From Eledone cirrhosa (lineage: Eukaryota): DNA of 64,000 nucleotides. Both the position numbers and the translations under genes were made by a program. How positions within the stretch are numbered: position 1 is the stretch's first letter; each line of letters starts with the position of its first letter. Below, one piece after another: positions 1-13,400 of this stretch. The notes under the pieces are model-generated. The model saw only the letters and a program-made list of their open reading frames with translations, was not told the DNA's origin and did no database searches. Location of the stretch: positions 244,280,001 through 244,344,000 of the forward strand of contig OZ024741.1 of assembly GCA_964016885.1 (NCBI GenBank). The letters run 5' to 3'.

Positions 1-1480
1 CACGGGCGGCCGGCCCACGATCGAGAAAAAGGTAACTCCGCCGGCAAATAGTCATTTTTGTGATTCGTTTTCTTCGAAGCACACCATTCGCCGCCGGACT
101 TCAGCTTCCTCATTTAGCATGCGCAGCTTTTCTTGAAAATCACACCACACACAGAAAATGTGTCTCTGCACAGGTACCAGTAATTACAGATCGATCCGAC
201 CACGGGCGGCCGGCCCACGATCGAAAAGGTAACTCCGCCGGCAAATCCGCATTTTTGTGATTCGTTTCTTCGAAGCACACCATTCGCCGCCGGACTTCAG
301 CTTCCTCATTTAGCATGGGCAGCTTTTCTTGAAAATCACACCACACACAGCCAATGAGTGTCTGCACATCTACCAGTAATTACAGATCGATCCGACCACG
401 GGCGGCCGGCCCACAATCGAAAAGGTAACTCCGCCGGCAAATTCGCATTTTTGTGATTCGTTTCTTCGAAGCACACCATTCGCTGGTGGACTTCAGCTTC
501 CTCATTTAGCATGGGCAGCTTTTCTTGAAAATCACACCACACACAGATGATGTGTGTCTGCACAGGTACCAGTAATTACAGATCGATCCGACCACGGGCG
601 GCCGCCCCACGATCGAAAAGGTAACTCCGCCGGCAAATCCGCATTTTTGTGATTCGTTTCTTCGAAGCACACCATTCGCCGCCGGACTTCAGCTTCCTCA
701 TTTAGCATGGGCAGCTTTTCTTGAAAATCACACCACACACAGCAAATCTGTGTCTGCACATTTACTAGTAATTACAGATCGATCCCACCACGGGCGGCCG
801 GCCCACGATCGAAAAGGTAACTCCGCCGGCAAATCCGCATTTTTGTGATTCGTTTCTTCGAAGCACACCATTCGCCGCCGGACTTCAGCTTCCTCATTTA
901 GCATGGGCAGCTTTTCTTGAAAATCACACCACACACAGCAAATCTGTGTCTGCACATTTACTAGTAATTACAGATCGATCCCACCACGGGCGGCCGGCCC
1001 ACGATCGAAAAGGTAACTCCGCCGGCAAATCCGCATTTTTGTGATTCGTTTCTTCGAAGCACACCATTCGCCGCCGGACTTCAGCTTCCTCATTTAGCAT
1101 GGGCAGCTTTTCTTGAAAATCACACCACACACAGAAAATGTGTGTCTGCACAGGTACCAGTAATTACAGATTGATCTGACCACGGGCGGCCGGCCCACGA
1201 TCGAAAAGGTAACTCCGCCGGCAAATCCGCATTTTTGTGATTCGTTTCTTCGAAGCACACCATTCGTCGCCGGACTTCAGCTTCCTCATTTAGCATGGGC
1301 AGCTTTTCTTGAAAATCACACCACACACAGCAAATCTGTGTCTGCACATTTACCAGTAATTACAGATCGATCCGACCACGGGCGGCCGGCCCACGATCGA
1401 AAAGGTAACTCCGCCGGCAAATCCGCATTTTTGTGATTCGTTTCTTCGAAGCACACCATTCGCCGCCGGACTTCAGCTTC

Positions 1481-4400
1481 CTAATTTAGCATGGGCGGTT
1501 TTTCTTGAAAATCACACCACACACAGAAAATGTGTGTCTGCACATGGAACAGTACGTACAGATCGATCCGACCACGGGCGGCCGGCCCACATTCGAAAAG
1601 GTTACTCCGTTTGCAAATCGTCATTTTCGGATTCGTTTTCTTCGAAGCACACCATTCGCCGGCGGACTTCAGCTGCCTCATTTAACATGGGCAGTTTTTC
1701 TTGAAGATCACACCACACACAGCCAATGAGTGTTTGCACATGTACCAGTAATTACAGATCGATCCGACCGCGGGCGGCCGGCCCACGATCGAAAAAAAGG
1801 TAACTCCGCCGGCAAATAGTCATTTTTGTGATTCGTTTTCTTCGAAGCACACCATTCGCCGCCGGACTTCAGCTGCCTCATTTAACATGGGCAGTTTTTC
1901 TTGAAGATCACACCACACACAGCAAATGTGTGTCTGCACAGGTACCAGTAATTACAGATCGATCCAACCACGGGCGGCCGGGCCACGATCGAAAAGGTAA
2001 CTCCGCCGGCAAATCCGCATTTTTGTGATTCGTTTCTTCGAAGCACACCATTCGTCGCCGGACTTCACCTTCCTCATTTAGCATGGGCAGCTTTTCTTGA
2101 AAATCACACCACACACAGCAAATGTGTGTCTGCACATTTACCAGTAATTACAGATCGATCCGACCACGGGCGGCCGGCCCACGATCGAGAAAAAGGTAAC
2201 TCCGCCGGCAAATAGTCATTTTTGTGATTCGTTTTCTTCGAAGCACACCATTCGCCGCCGGACTTCAGCTTCCTCATTTAGCATGCGCAGCTTTTCTTGA
2301 AAATCACACCACACACAGAAAATGTGTCTCTGCACAGGTACCAGTAATTACAGATCGATCCGACCACGGGCGGCCGGCCCACGATCGAAAAGGTAACTCC
2401 GCCGGCAAATCCGCATTTTTGTGATTCGTTTCTTCGAAGCACACCATTCGCTGGTGGACTTCAGCTTCCTCATTTAGCATGGGCAGCTTTTCTTGAAAAT
2501 CACACCACACACAGATGATGTGTGTCTGCACAGGTACCAGTAATTACAGATCGATCCGACCACGGGCGGCCGCCCCACGATCGAAAAGGTAACTCCGCCG
2601 GCAAATCCGCATTTTTGTGATTCGTTTCTTCGAAGCACACCATTCGCCGCCGGACTTCAGCTTCCTCATTTAGCATGGGCAGCTTTTCTTGAAAATCACA
2701 CCACACACAGCAAATCTGTGTCTGCACATTTACTAGTAATTACAGATCGATCCCACCACGGGCGGCCGGCCCACGATCGAAAAGGTAACTCCGCCGGCAA
2801 ATCCGCATTTTTGTGATTCGTTTCTTCGAAGCACACCATTCGCCGCCGGACTTCAGCTTCCTCATTTAGCATGGGCAGCTTTTCTTGAAAATCACACCAC
2901 ACACAGCAAATCTGTGTCTGCACATTTACTAGTAATTACAGATCGATCCCACCACGGGCGGCCGGCCCACGATCGAAAAGGTAACTCCGCCGGCAAATCC
3001 GCATTTTTGTGATTCGTTTCTTCGAAGCACACCATTCGTCGCCGGACTTCAGCTTCCTCATTTAGCATGGGCAGCTTTTCTTGAAAATCACACCACACAC
3101 AGCAAATCTGTGTCTGCACATTTACCAGTAATTACAGATCGATCCGACCACGGGCGGCCGGCCCACGATCGAAAAGGTAACTCCGCCGGCAAATCCGCAT
3201 TTTTGTGATTCGTTTCTTCGAAGCACACCATTCGCCGCCGGACTTCAGCTTCCTAATTTAGCATGGGCGGTTTTTCTTGAAAATCACACCACACACAGAA
3301 AATGTGTGTCTGCACATGGAACAGTACGTACAGATCGATCCGACCACGGGCGGCCGGCACACATTCGAAAAGGTTACTCCGTTTGCAAATCGTCATTTTC
3401 GGATTCGTTTTCTTCGAAGCACACCATTCGCCGGCGGACTTCAGCTGCCTCATTTAACATGGGCAGTTTTTCTTGAAGATCACACCACACACAGCCAATG
3501 AGTGTTTGCACATGTACCAGTAATTACAGATCGATCCGACCGCGGGCGGCCGGCCCACGATCGAAAAAAAGGTAACTCCGCCGGCAAATAGTCATTTTTG
3601 TGATTCGTTTTCTTCGAAGCACACCATTCGCCGCCGGACTTCAGCTGCCTCATTTAACATGGGCAGTTTTTCTTGAAGATCACACCACACACAGCAAATG
3701 TGTGTCTGCACAGGTACCAGTAATTACAGATCGATCCAACCACGGGCGGCCGGGCCACGATCGAAAAGGTAACTCCGCCGGCAAATCCGCATTTTTGTGA
3801 TTCGTTTCTTCGAAGCACACCATTCGCCGGCGGACTTCAGCTTCCTCATTTAGCATGGGCAGCTTTTCTTGAAAATCACACCACACACAGCAAATGTGTG
3901 TCTGCACATTTACCAGTAATTACAGATCGATCCGACCACGGGCGGCCGGCCCACGATCGAGAAAAAGGTAACTCCGCCGGCAAATAGTCATTTTTGTGAT
4001 TCGTTTTCTTCGAAGCACACCATTCGCCGCCGGACTTCAGCTTCCTCATTTAGCATGCGCAGCTTTTCTTGAAAATCACACCACACACAGAAAATGTGTC
4101 TCTGCACAGGTACCAGTAATTACAGATCGATCCGACCACGGGCGGCCGGCCCACGGTCGAAAAGGTAACTCCGCCGGCAAATCCGCATTTTTGTGATTCG
4201 TTTCTTCGAAGCACACCATTCGCCGCCGGACTTCAGCTTCCTCATTTAGCATGGGCAGCTTTTCTTGAAAATCACACCACACACAGCCAATGAGTGTCTG
4301 CATATCTACCAGTAATTACAGATCGATCCGACCAAGGGCGGCCGGCCCACAATCGAAAAGGTAACTCCGCCGGCAAATTCGCATTTTTGTGATTCGTTTC

Positions 4401-7400
4401 TTCGAAGCACACCATTCGCTGGTGGACTTCAGCTTCCTCATTTAGCATGGGCAGCTTTTCTTGAAAATCACACCACACACAGATGATGTGTGTCTGCACA
4501 GGTACCAGTAATTACAGATCGATCCGACCACGGGCGGCCGGCCCACGATCGAAAAGGTAACTCCGCCGGCAAATCTGCATTTTTGTGATTCGTTTCTTCG
4601 AAGCACACCATTCGCCGCCGGACTTCAGCTTCCTAATTTAGCATGGGCGGTTTTTCTTGAAAATCACACCACACACAGCAAATGTGTGTTTGCACATGTA
4701 ACAGTACGTACAGATCGATCCGACCACGGGCGGCCGGCCCACATTCTAAAAGGTTACTCCGCCTGCAAATCGTCATTTTCGGATTCGTTTTCTTCGAAGC
4801 ACACCATTCGCCGGCGGACTTCAGCTGCCTCATTTAACATGGGCAGTTTTTCTTGAAGTTCACACCACACACAGCCAATGAGTGTTTGCACATGTACCAG
4901 TAATTACAGATCGATCCGACCACGGGCGGCCGGCCCACGATCGAAAAAAAGGTAACTCCGCCGGCAAATAGTCATTTTTGTGATTCGTTTTCTTCGAAGC
5001 ACACCATTCGCCGCCGGACTTCAGCTTCCTCATTTAGCATGGGCATCTTTTCTTGAAAATCACACCACACACAGGAAATGTGTGTCTGCACAGGTACCAG
5101 TAATTACAGATCGATCCGACCACGGGCGGCCGGCCCACGATCGAAAAGGTAACTCCGCCGGCAAATTCGCATTTTTGTGATTCGTTTCTTCGAAGCACAC
5201 CATTCGCTGGTGGACTTCAGCTTCCTCATTTAGCATGGGCAACTTTTCTTGAAAATCACACCACACACAGAAGATGTGTGCCTGCACAGGTACCAGTAAT
5301 TACAGATTGATCCGACCACGGGCGGCCGGCCCACGATCGAAAAGGTAACTCCGCCGGCAAATCCGCATTTTTGTGATTCGTTTCTTCGAAGCACACCATT
5401 CGCCGCCGGACTTCAGCTTCCTCATTTAGCATGGGCAGCTTTTCTTGAAAATCACACCACACACAGCAAATGTGTGTCTGCACATTTACCAGTAATTACA
5501 GATCGATCCGACCACGGGCGGCTGGCCCACGATCGAAAAGGTAACTCCGCCGGCAAATCCGCATTTTTGTGATTCGTTTCTTCGAAGCACACCATTCGCC
5601 GCCGGACTTCAGCTTCCTAATTTAGCATGGGCGGTTTTTCTTGAAAATCACACCACACACAGAAAATGTGTGTCTGCACATGGAACAGTACGTACAGATC
5701 GATCCGACCACGGGCGGCCGGCCCACATTCGAAAAGGTTACTCCGCCTGCAAATCGTCATTTTCGGATTCGTTTTCTTCGAAGCACACCATTCGCCGGCG
5801 GACTTCAGCTGCCTCATTTAACATGGGCAGTTTTTCTTGAAGATCACACCACACACAGCCAATGAGTGTTTGCACATGTACCAGTAATTACAGATCGATC
5901 CGACCGCGGGCGGCCGGCCCACGATCGAAAAAAAGGTAACTCCGCCGGCAAATAGTCATTTTTGTGATTCGTTTTCTTCGAAGCACACCATTCGCCGCCG
6001 GACTTCAGCTGCCTCATTTAACATGGGCAGTTTTTCTTGAAGATCACACCACACACAGCAAATGTGTGTCTGCACAGGTACCAGTAATTACAGATCGATC
6101 CAACCACGGGCGGCCGGGCCACGATCGAAAAGGTAACTCCGCCGGCAAATCCGCATTTTTGTGATTCGTTTCTTCGAAGCACACCATTCGCCGGCGGACT
6201 TCAGCTTCCTCATTTAGCATGGGCAGCTTTTCTTGAAAATCACACCACACACAGCAAATGTGTGTCTGCACATTTACCAGTAATTACAGATCGATCCGAC
6301 CACGGGCGGCCGGCCCACGATCGAGAAAAAGGTAACTCCGCCGGCAAATAGTCATTTTTGTGATTCGTTTTCTTCGAAGCACACCATTCGCCGCCGGACT
6401 TCAGCTTCCTCATTTAGCATGCGCAGCTTTTCTTGAAAATCACACCACACACAGATGATGTGTGTCTGCACAGGTACCAGTAATTACAGATCGATCCGAC
6501 CACGGGCGGCCGGCCCACGATCGAAAAGGTAACTCCGCCGGCAAATCTGCATTTTTGTGATTCGTTTCTTCGAAGCACACCATTCGCCGCCGGACTTCAG
6601 CTTCCTAATTTAGCATGGGCGGTTTTTCTTGAAAATCACACCACACACAGCAAATGTGTGTTTGCACATGTAACAGTACGTACAGATCGATCCGACCACG
6701 GGCGGCCGGCCCACATTCTAAAAGGTTACTCCGCCTGCAAATCGTCATTTTCGGATTCGTTTTCTTCGAAGCACACCATTCGCCGGCGGACTTCAGCTGC
6801 CTCATTTAACATGGGCAGTTTTTCTTGAAGTTCACACCACACACAGCCAATGAGTGTTTGCACATGTACCAGTAATTACAGATCGATCCGACCACGGGCG
6901 GCCGGCCCACGATCGAAAAAAAGGTAACTCCGCCGGCAAATAGTCATTTTTGTGATTCGTTTTCTTCGAAGCACACCATTCGCCGCCGGACTTCAGCTTC
7001 CTCATTTAGCATGGGCATCTTTTCTTGAAAATCACACCACACACAGGAAATGTGTGTCTGCACAGGTACCAGTAATTACAGATCGATCCGACCACGGGCG
7101 GCCGGCCCACGATCGAAAAGGTAACTCCGCCGGCAAATTCGCATTTTTGTGATTCGTTTCTTCGAAGCACACCATTCGCTGGTGGACTTCAGCTTCCTCA
7201 TTTAGCATGGGCAACTTTTCGTGAAAATCACACCACACACAGAAAATGTGTGCCTGCACAGGTACCAGTAATTACAGATTGATCCGACCACGGGCGGCCG
7301 GCCCACGATCGAAAAGGTAACTCCGCCGGCAAATCCGCATTTTTGTGATTCGTTTCTTCGAAGCACACCATTCGCCGCCGGACTTCAGCTTCCTCATTTA

Positions 7401-10400
7401 GCATGGGCAGCTTTTCTTGAAAATCACACCACACACAGCAAATGTGTGTCTGCACATTTACCAGTAATTACAGATCGATCCGACCACGGGCGGCTGGCCC
7501 ACGATCGAAAAGGTAACTCCGCCGGCAAATCCGCATTTTTGTGATTCGTTTCTTCGAAGCACACCATTCGCCGCCGGACTTCAGCTTCCTAATTTAGCAT
7601 GGGCGGTTTTTCTTGAAAATCACACCACACACAGAAAATGTGTGTCTGCACATGGAACAGTACGTACAGATCGATCCGACCACGGGCGGCCGGCCCACAT
7701 TCGAAAAGGTTACTCCGCCTGCAAATCGTCATTTTCGGATTCGTTTTCTTCGAAGCACACCATTCGCCGGCGGACTTCAGCTGCCTCATTTAACATGGGC
7801 AGTTTTTCTTGAAGATCACACCACACACAGCCAATGAGTGTTTGCACATGTACCAGTAATTACAGATCGATCCGACCGCGGGCGGCCGGCCCACGATCGA
7901 AAAAAAGGTAACTCCGCCGGCAAATAGTCATTTTTGTGATTCGTTTTCTTCGAAGCACACCATTCGCCGCCGGACTTCAGCTGCCTCATTTAACATGGGC
8001 AGTTTTTCTTGAAGATCACACCACACACAGCAAATGTGTGTTTGCACAGGTACCAGTAATTACAGATCGATCCGACCACGGGCGGCCGGGCCACGATCGA
8101 AAAGGTAACTCCGCCGGCAAATCCGCATTTTTGTGATTCGTTTCTTCGAAGCACACCATTCGCCGCCGGACTTCAGCTTCCTCATTTAGCATGGGCAGCT
8201 TTTCTTGAAAATCACACCACACACAGCAAATCTGTGTCTGCACATTTACCAATAATTACAGATCGATCCGACCACGGGCAGCCGGCCCACGATCGAGAAA
8301 AAGGTAACTCCGCCGGCAAATAGTCATTTTTGTGATTCGTTTTCTTCGAAGCACACCATTCGCCGCCGGACTTCAGCTTCCTCATTTAGCATGGGCAGCT
8401 TTTCTTGAAAATCACACCACACACAGACAATGTGTCTCTGCACAGGTACCAGTAATTACAGATCGATCCGACCACGGGCGGCCGGCCCACGGTCGAAAAG
8501 GTAACTCCGCCGGCAAATCCGCATTTTTGTGATTCGTTTCTTCGAAGCACACCATTCGCCGCCGGACTTCAGCTTCCTCATTTAGCATGGGCAGCTTTTC
8601 TTGAAAATCACACCACACACAGCCAATGAGTGTCTGCATATCTACCAGTAATTACAGATCGATCCGACCAAGGGCGGCCGGCCCACAATCGAAAAGGTAA
8701 CTCCGCCGGCAAATTCGCATTTTTGTGATTCGTTTCTTTGAAGCACACCATTCGCTGGTGGACTTCAGCTTCCTCATTTAGCATGGGCGGTTTTTCTTGA
8801 AAATCACACCACACACAGATGATGTGTGTCTGCACAGGTACCAGTAATTACAGATCGATCCGACCACGGGCGGCCGGCCCACGATCGAAAAGGTAACTCC
8901 GCCTGCAAATCTGCATTTTTGTGATTCGTTTCTTCGAAGCACACCATTCGCCGCCGGACTTCAGCTTCCTAATTTAGCATGGGCGGTTTTTCTTGAAAAT
9001 CACACCACACACAGCAAATGTGTGTTTGCACATGTAACAGTACGTACAGATCGATCCGACCACGGGCGGCCGGCCCACATTCTAAAAGGTTACTCCGCCT
9101 GCAAATCGTCATTTTCGGATTCGTTTTCTTCGAAGCACACCATTCGCCGGCGGACTTCAGCTGCCTCATTTAACATGGGCAGTTTATCTTGAAGTTCACA
9201 CCACACACAGCCAATGAGTGTTTGCACATGTACCAGTAATTACAGATCGATCCGACCACGGGCGGCCGGCCCACGATCGAAAAAAAGGTAACTCCGCCGG
9301 CAAATAGTCATTTTTGTGATTCGTTTTCTTCGAAGCACACCATTCGCCGCCGGACTTCAGCTTCCTCATTTAGCATGGGCATCTTTTCTTGAAAATCACA
9401 CCACACACAGGAAATGTGTGTCTGCACAGGTACCAGTAATTACAGATCGATCCGACCACGGGCGGCCGGCCCACGATCGAAAAGGTAACTCCGCCGGCAA
9501 ATTCGCATTTTTGTGATTCGTTTCTTCGAAGCACACCATTCGCTGGTGGACTTCAGCTTCCTCATTTAGCATGGGCAACTTTTCTTGAAAATCACACCAC
9601 ACACAGAAGATGTGTGCCTGCACAGGTACCAGTAATTACAGATTGATCCGACCACGGGCGGCCGGCCCACGATCGAAAAGGTAACTCCGCCGGCAAATCC
9701 GCATTTTTGTGATTCGTTTCTTCGAAGCATACCATTCGCCGCTGGACTTCAGCTTCCTCATTTAGCATGGGCAGCTTTTCTTGAAAATCACACCACACAC
9801 AGCAAATGTGTGTCTGCACATTTACCAGTAATTACAGATCGATCCGACCACGGGCGGCTGGCCCACGATCGAAAAGGTAACTCCGCCGGCAAATCCGCAT
9901 TTTTGTGATTCGTTTCTTCGAAGCACACCATTCGCCGCCGGACTTCAGCTTCCTAATTTAGCATGGGCGGTTTTTCTTGAAAATCACTCCACACACAGAA
10001 AATGTGTGTCTGCACATGGAACAGTACGTACAGATCGATCCGACCACGGGCGGCCGGCCCACATTCGAAAAGGTTACTCCGCCTGCAAATCGTCATTTTC
10101 GGATTCGTTTTCTTCGAAGCACACCATTCGCCGGCGGACTTCAGCTGCCTCATTTAACATGGGCAGTTTTTCTTGAAGATCACACCACACACAGCCAATG
10201 AGTGTTTGCACATGTACCAGTAATTACAGATCGATCCGACCGCGGGCGGCCGGCCCACGATCGAAAAAAAGGTAACTCCGCCGGCAAATAGTCATTTTTG
10301 TGATTCGTTTTCTTCGAAGCACACCATTCGCCGCCGGACTTCAGCTGCCTCATTTAACATGGGCAGTTTTTCTTGAAGATCACACCACACACAGCAAATG

Positions 10401-13400
10401 TGTGTTTGCACAGGTACCAGTAATTACAGATCGATCCGACCACGGGCGGCCGGGCCACGATCGAAAAGGTAACTCCGCCGGCAAATCCGCATTTTTGTGA
10501 TTCGTTTCTTCGAAGCACACCATTCGCCGCCGGACTTCAGCTTCCTCATTTAGCATGGGCAGCTTTTCTTGAAAATCACACCACACACAGCAAATCTGTG
10601 TCTGCACATTTACCAATAATTACAGATCGATCCGACCACGGGCAGCCGGCCCACGATCGAGAAAAAGGTAACTCCGCCGGCAAATAGTCATTTTTGTGAT
10701 TCGTTTTCTTCGAAGCACACCATTCGCCGCCGGACTTCAGCTTCCTCATTTAGCATGGGCAGCTTTTCTTGAAAATCACACCACACACAGACAATGTGTC
10801 TCTGCACAGGTACCAGTAATTACAGATCGATCCGACCACGGGCGGCCGGCCCACGGTTTAAAAGGTAACTCCGCCGGCAAATCCGCATTTTTGTGATTCG
10901 TTTCTTCGAAGCACACCATTCGCCGCCGGACTTCAGCTTCCTCATTTAGCATGGGCAGCTTTTCTTGAAAATCACACCACACACAGCAAATGTGTGTCTG
11001 CACATTTACCAGTAAATACAGATCGATCCGACCATGGGCGGCCGGCCCACGATTGAAAAGGTAACTCCGCCGGCAAATCCGCATTTTTGTGATTCGTTTC
11101 TTCGAAGCACACCATTCGCCGCCGGACTTCAGCTTCCTCATTTAGCATGGGCAGCTTTTCTTGAAAATCACACCACACACAGCCAATGAGTGTCTGCACA
11201 TCTACCAGTAATTACAGATCGATCCGACCACGGGCGGCCGGCCCACGGTCTAAAAGGTAACTCCGCCGGCAAATTCGCATTTTTGTGATTCGTTTCTTCG
11301 AAGCACACCATTCGCTGGTGGACTTCAGCTTCCTCATTTAGCATGGGCAGCGTTTCTTGAAAATCACACCACACACAGATGATGTGTGTCTGCACAGGTA
11401 CCAGTAATTACAGATCGATCCGACCACGGGCGGCCGGCCCACGATCGAAAAGGTAACTCCGCCGGCAAATCCGCATTTTTGTGATTCGTTTCTTCGAAGC
11501 ACACCATTCGCCGCCGGACTTCAGCTTCCTAATTTAGCATGGGCGGTTTTTCTTGAAAATCACACCACACACAGCAAATGTGTGTTTGCACATGTAACAG
11601 TACGTACAGATCGATCCGACCATGGGCGGCCGGCCCACGATTGAAAAGGTAACTCCGCCGGCAAATCCGCATTTTTGTGATTCGTTTCTTCGAAGCACAC
11701 CATTCGCCGCCGGACTTCAGCTTCCTCATTTAGCATGGGCAGCTTTTCTTGAAAATCACACCACACACAGCCAATGAGTGTCTGCACATCTACCAGTAAT
11801 TACAGATCGATCCGACCATGGGCGGCCGGCCCACGGTCTAAAAGGTAACTCCGCCGGCAAATTCGCATTTTTGTGATTCGTTTCTTCGAAGCACACCATT
11901 CGCTGGTGGACTTCAGCTTCCTCATTTAGCATGGGCAGCTTTTCTTGAAAATCACACCACACACAGATGATGTGTGTCTGCACAGGTACCAGTAATTACA
12001 GATCGATCCGACCACGGGCGGCCGGCCCACATTCTAAAAGGTTACTCCGCCTGCAAATCGTCATTTTCGGATTCGTTTTCTTCGAAGCACACCATTCGCC
12101 GGCGGACTTCAGCTGCCTCATTTAACATGGGCAGTTTTTCTTGAAGTTCACACCACACACAGCCAATGAGTGTTTGCACATGTACCAGTAATTACAGATC
12201 GATCCGACCACGGGCGGCCGGCCCACGATCGAAAAAAAGGTAACTCCGCCGGCAAATAGTCATTTTTGTGATTCGTTTTCTTCGAAGCACACCATTCGCC
12301 GCCGGACTTCAGCTTCCTCATTTAGCATGGGCATCTTTTCTTGAAAATCACACCACACACAGGAAATGTGTGTCTGCACAGGTACCAGTAATTACAGATC
12401 GATCCGACCACGGGCGGCCGGCCCACGATCGAAAAGGTAACTCCGCCGGCAAATTCGCATTTTTGTGATTCGTTTCTTCGAAGCACACCATTCGCTGGTG
12501 GACTTCAGCTTCCTCATTTAGCATGGGCAGCTTTTCTTGAAAATCACACCACACACAGCAAATGTGTGTCTGCACAGCTACCAGTAATTACAGATTGATC
12601 CGACCACGGGCGGCCGGCCCACGATCGAAAAGGTAACTCCGCCGGCAAATCCGCATTTTTGTGATTCGTTTCTTCGAAGCACACCATTCGCCGCCGGACT
12701 TCAGCTTCCTCATTTAGCATGGGCAGCTTTTCTTGAAAATCACACCACACACAGCAAATGTGTGTCTGCACATTTACCAGTAATTACAGATCGATCCGAC
12801 CACGGGCGGCTGGCCCACGATCGAAAAGGTAACTCCGCCGGCAAATCCGCATTTTTGTGATTCGTTTCTTCGAAGCACACCATTCGCCGCCGGACTTCAG
12901 CTTCCTAATTTAGCATGGGCGGTTTTTCTTGAAAATCACACCACACACAGAAAATGTGTGTCTGCACATGGAACAGTACGTACAGATCGATCCGACCACG
13001 GGCGGCCGGCCCACATTCGAAAAGGTTACTCCGCCTGCAAATCGTCATTTTCGGATTCGTTTTCTTCGAAGCACACCATTCGCCGGCGGACTTCAGCTGC
13101 CTCATTTAACATGGGCAGTTTTTCTTGAAGATCACACCACACACAGCCAATGAGTGTTTGCACATGTACCAGTAATTACAGATCGATCCGACCGCGGGCG
13201 GCCGGCCCACGATCGAAAAAAAGGTAACTCCGCCGGCAAATAGTCATTTTTGTGATTCGTTTTCTTCGAAGCACACCATTCGCCGCCGGACTTCAGCTGC
13301 CTCATTTAACATGGGCAGTTTTTCTTGAAGATCACACCACACACAGCAAATGTGTGTTTGCACAGGTACCAGTAATTACAGATCGATCCGACCACGGGCG

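Noticed and set aside
189-225. CENP-B box in SatA
   Set aside because: No TTCG-N4-A-N2-CGGG is present with correct spacing on either strand. The closest match (TTCGACCCGACCACGGG in the junction monomers) is 2 nt too long.
208-320. Self-cleaving ribozyme in the satellite (HDV-like GGCCGGC...GCCGGC; hammerhead-like CTAAATGAG on the minus strand)
   Set aside because: The HDV P3/L3/P1.1 elements are missing, and there is no CUGANGA core with GAAA in the required stems. An Infernal/Rfam scan of a monomer dimer would be the formal test.
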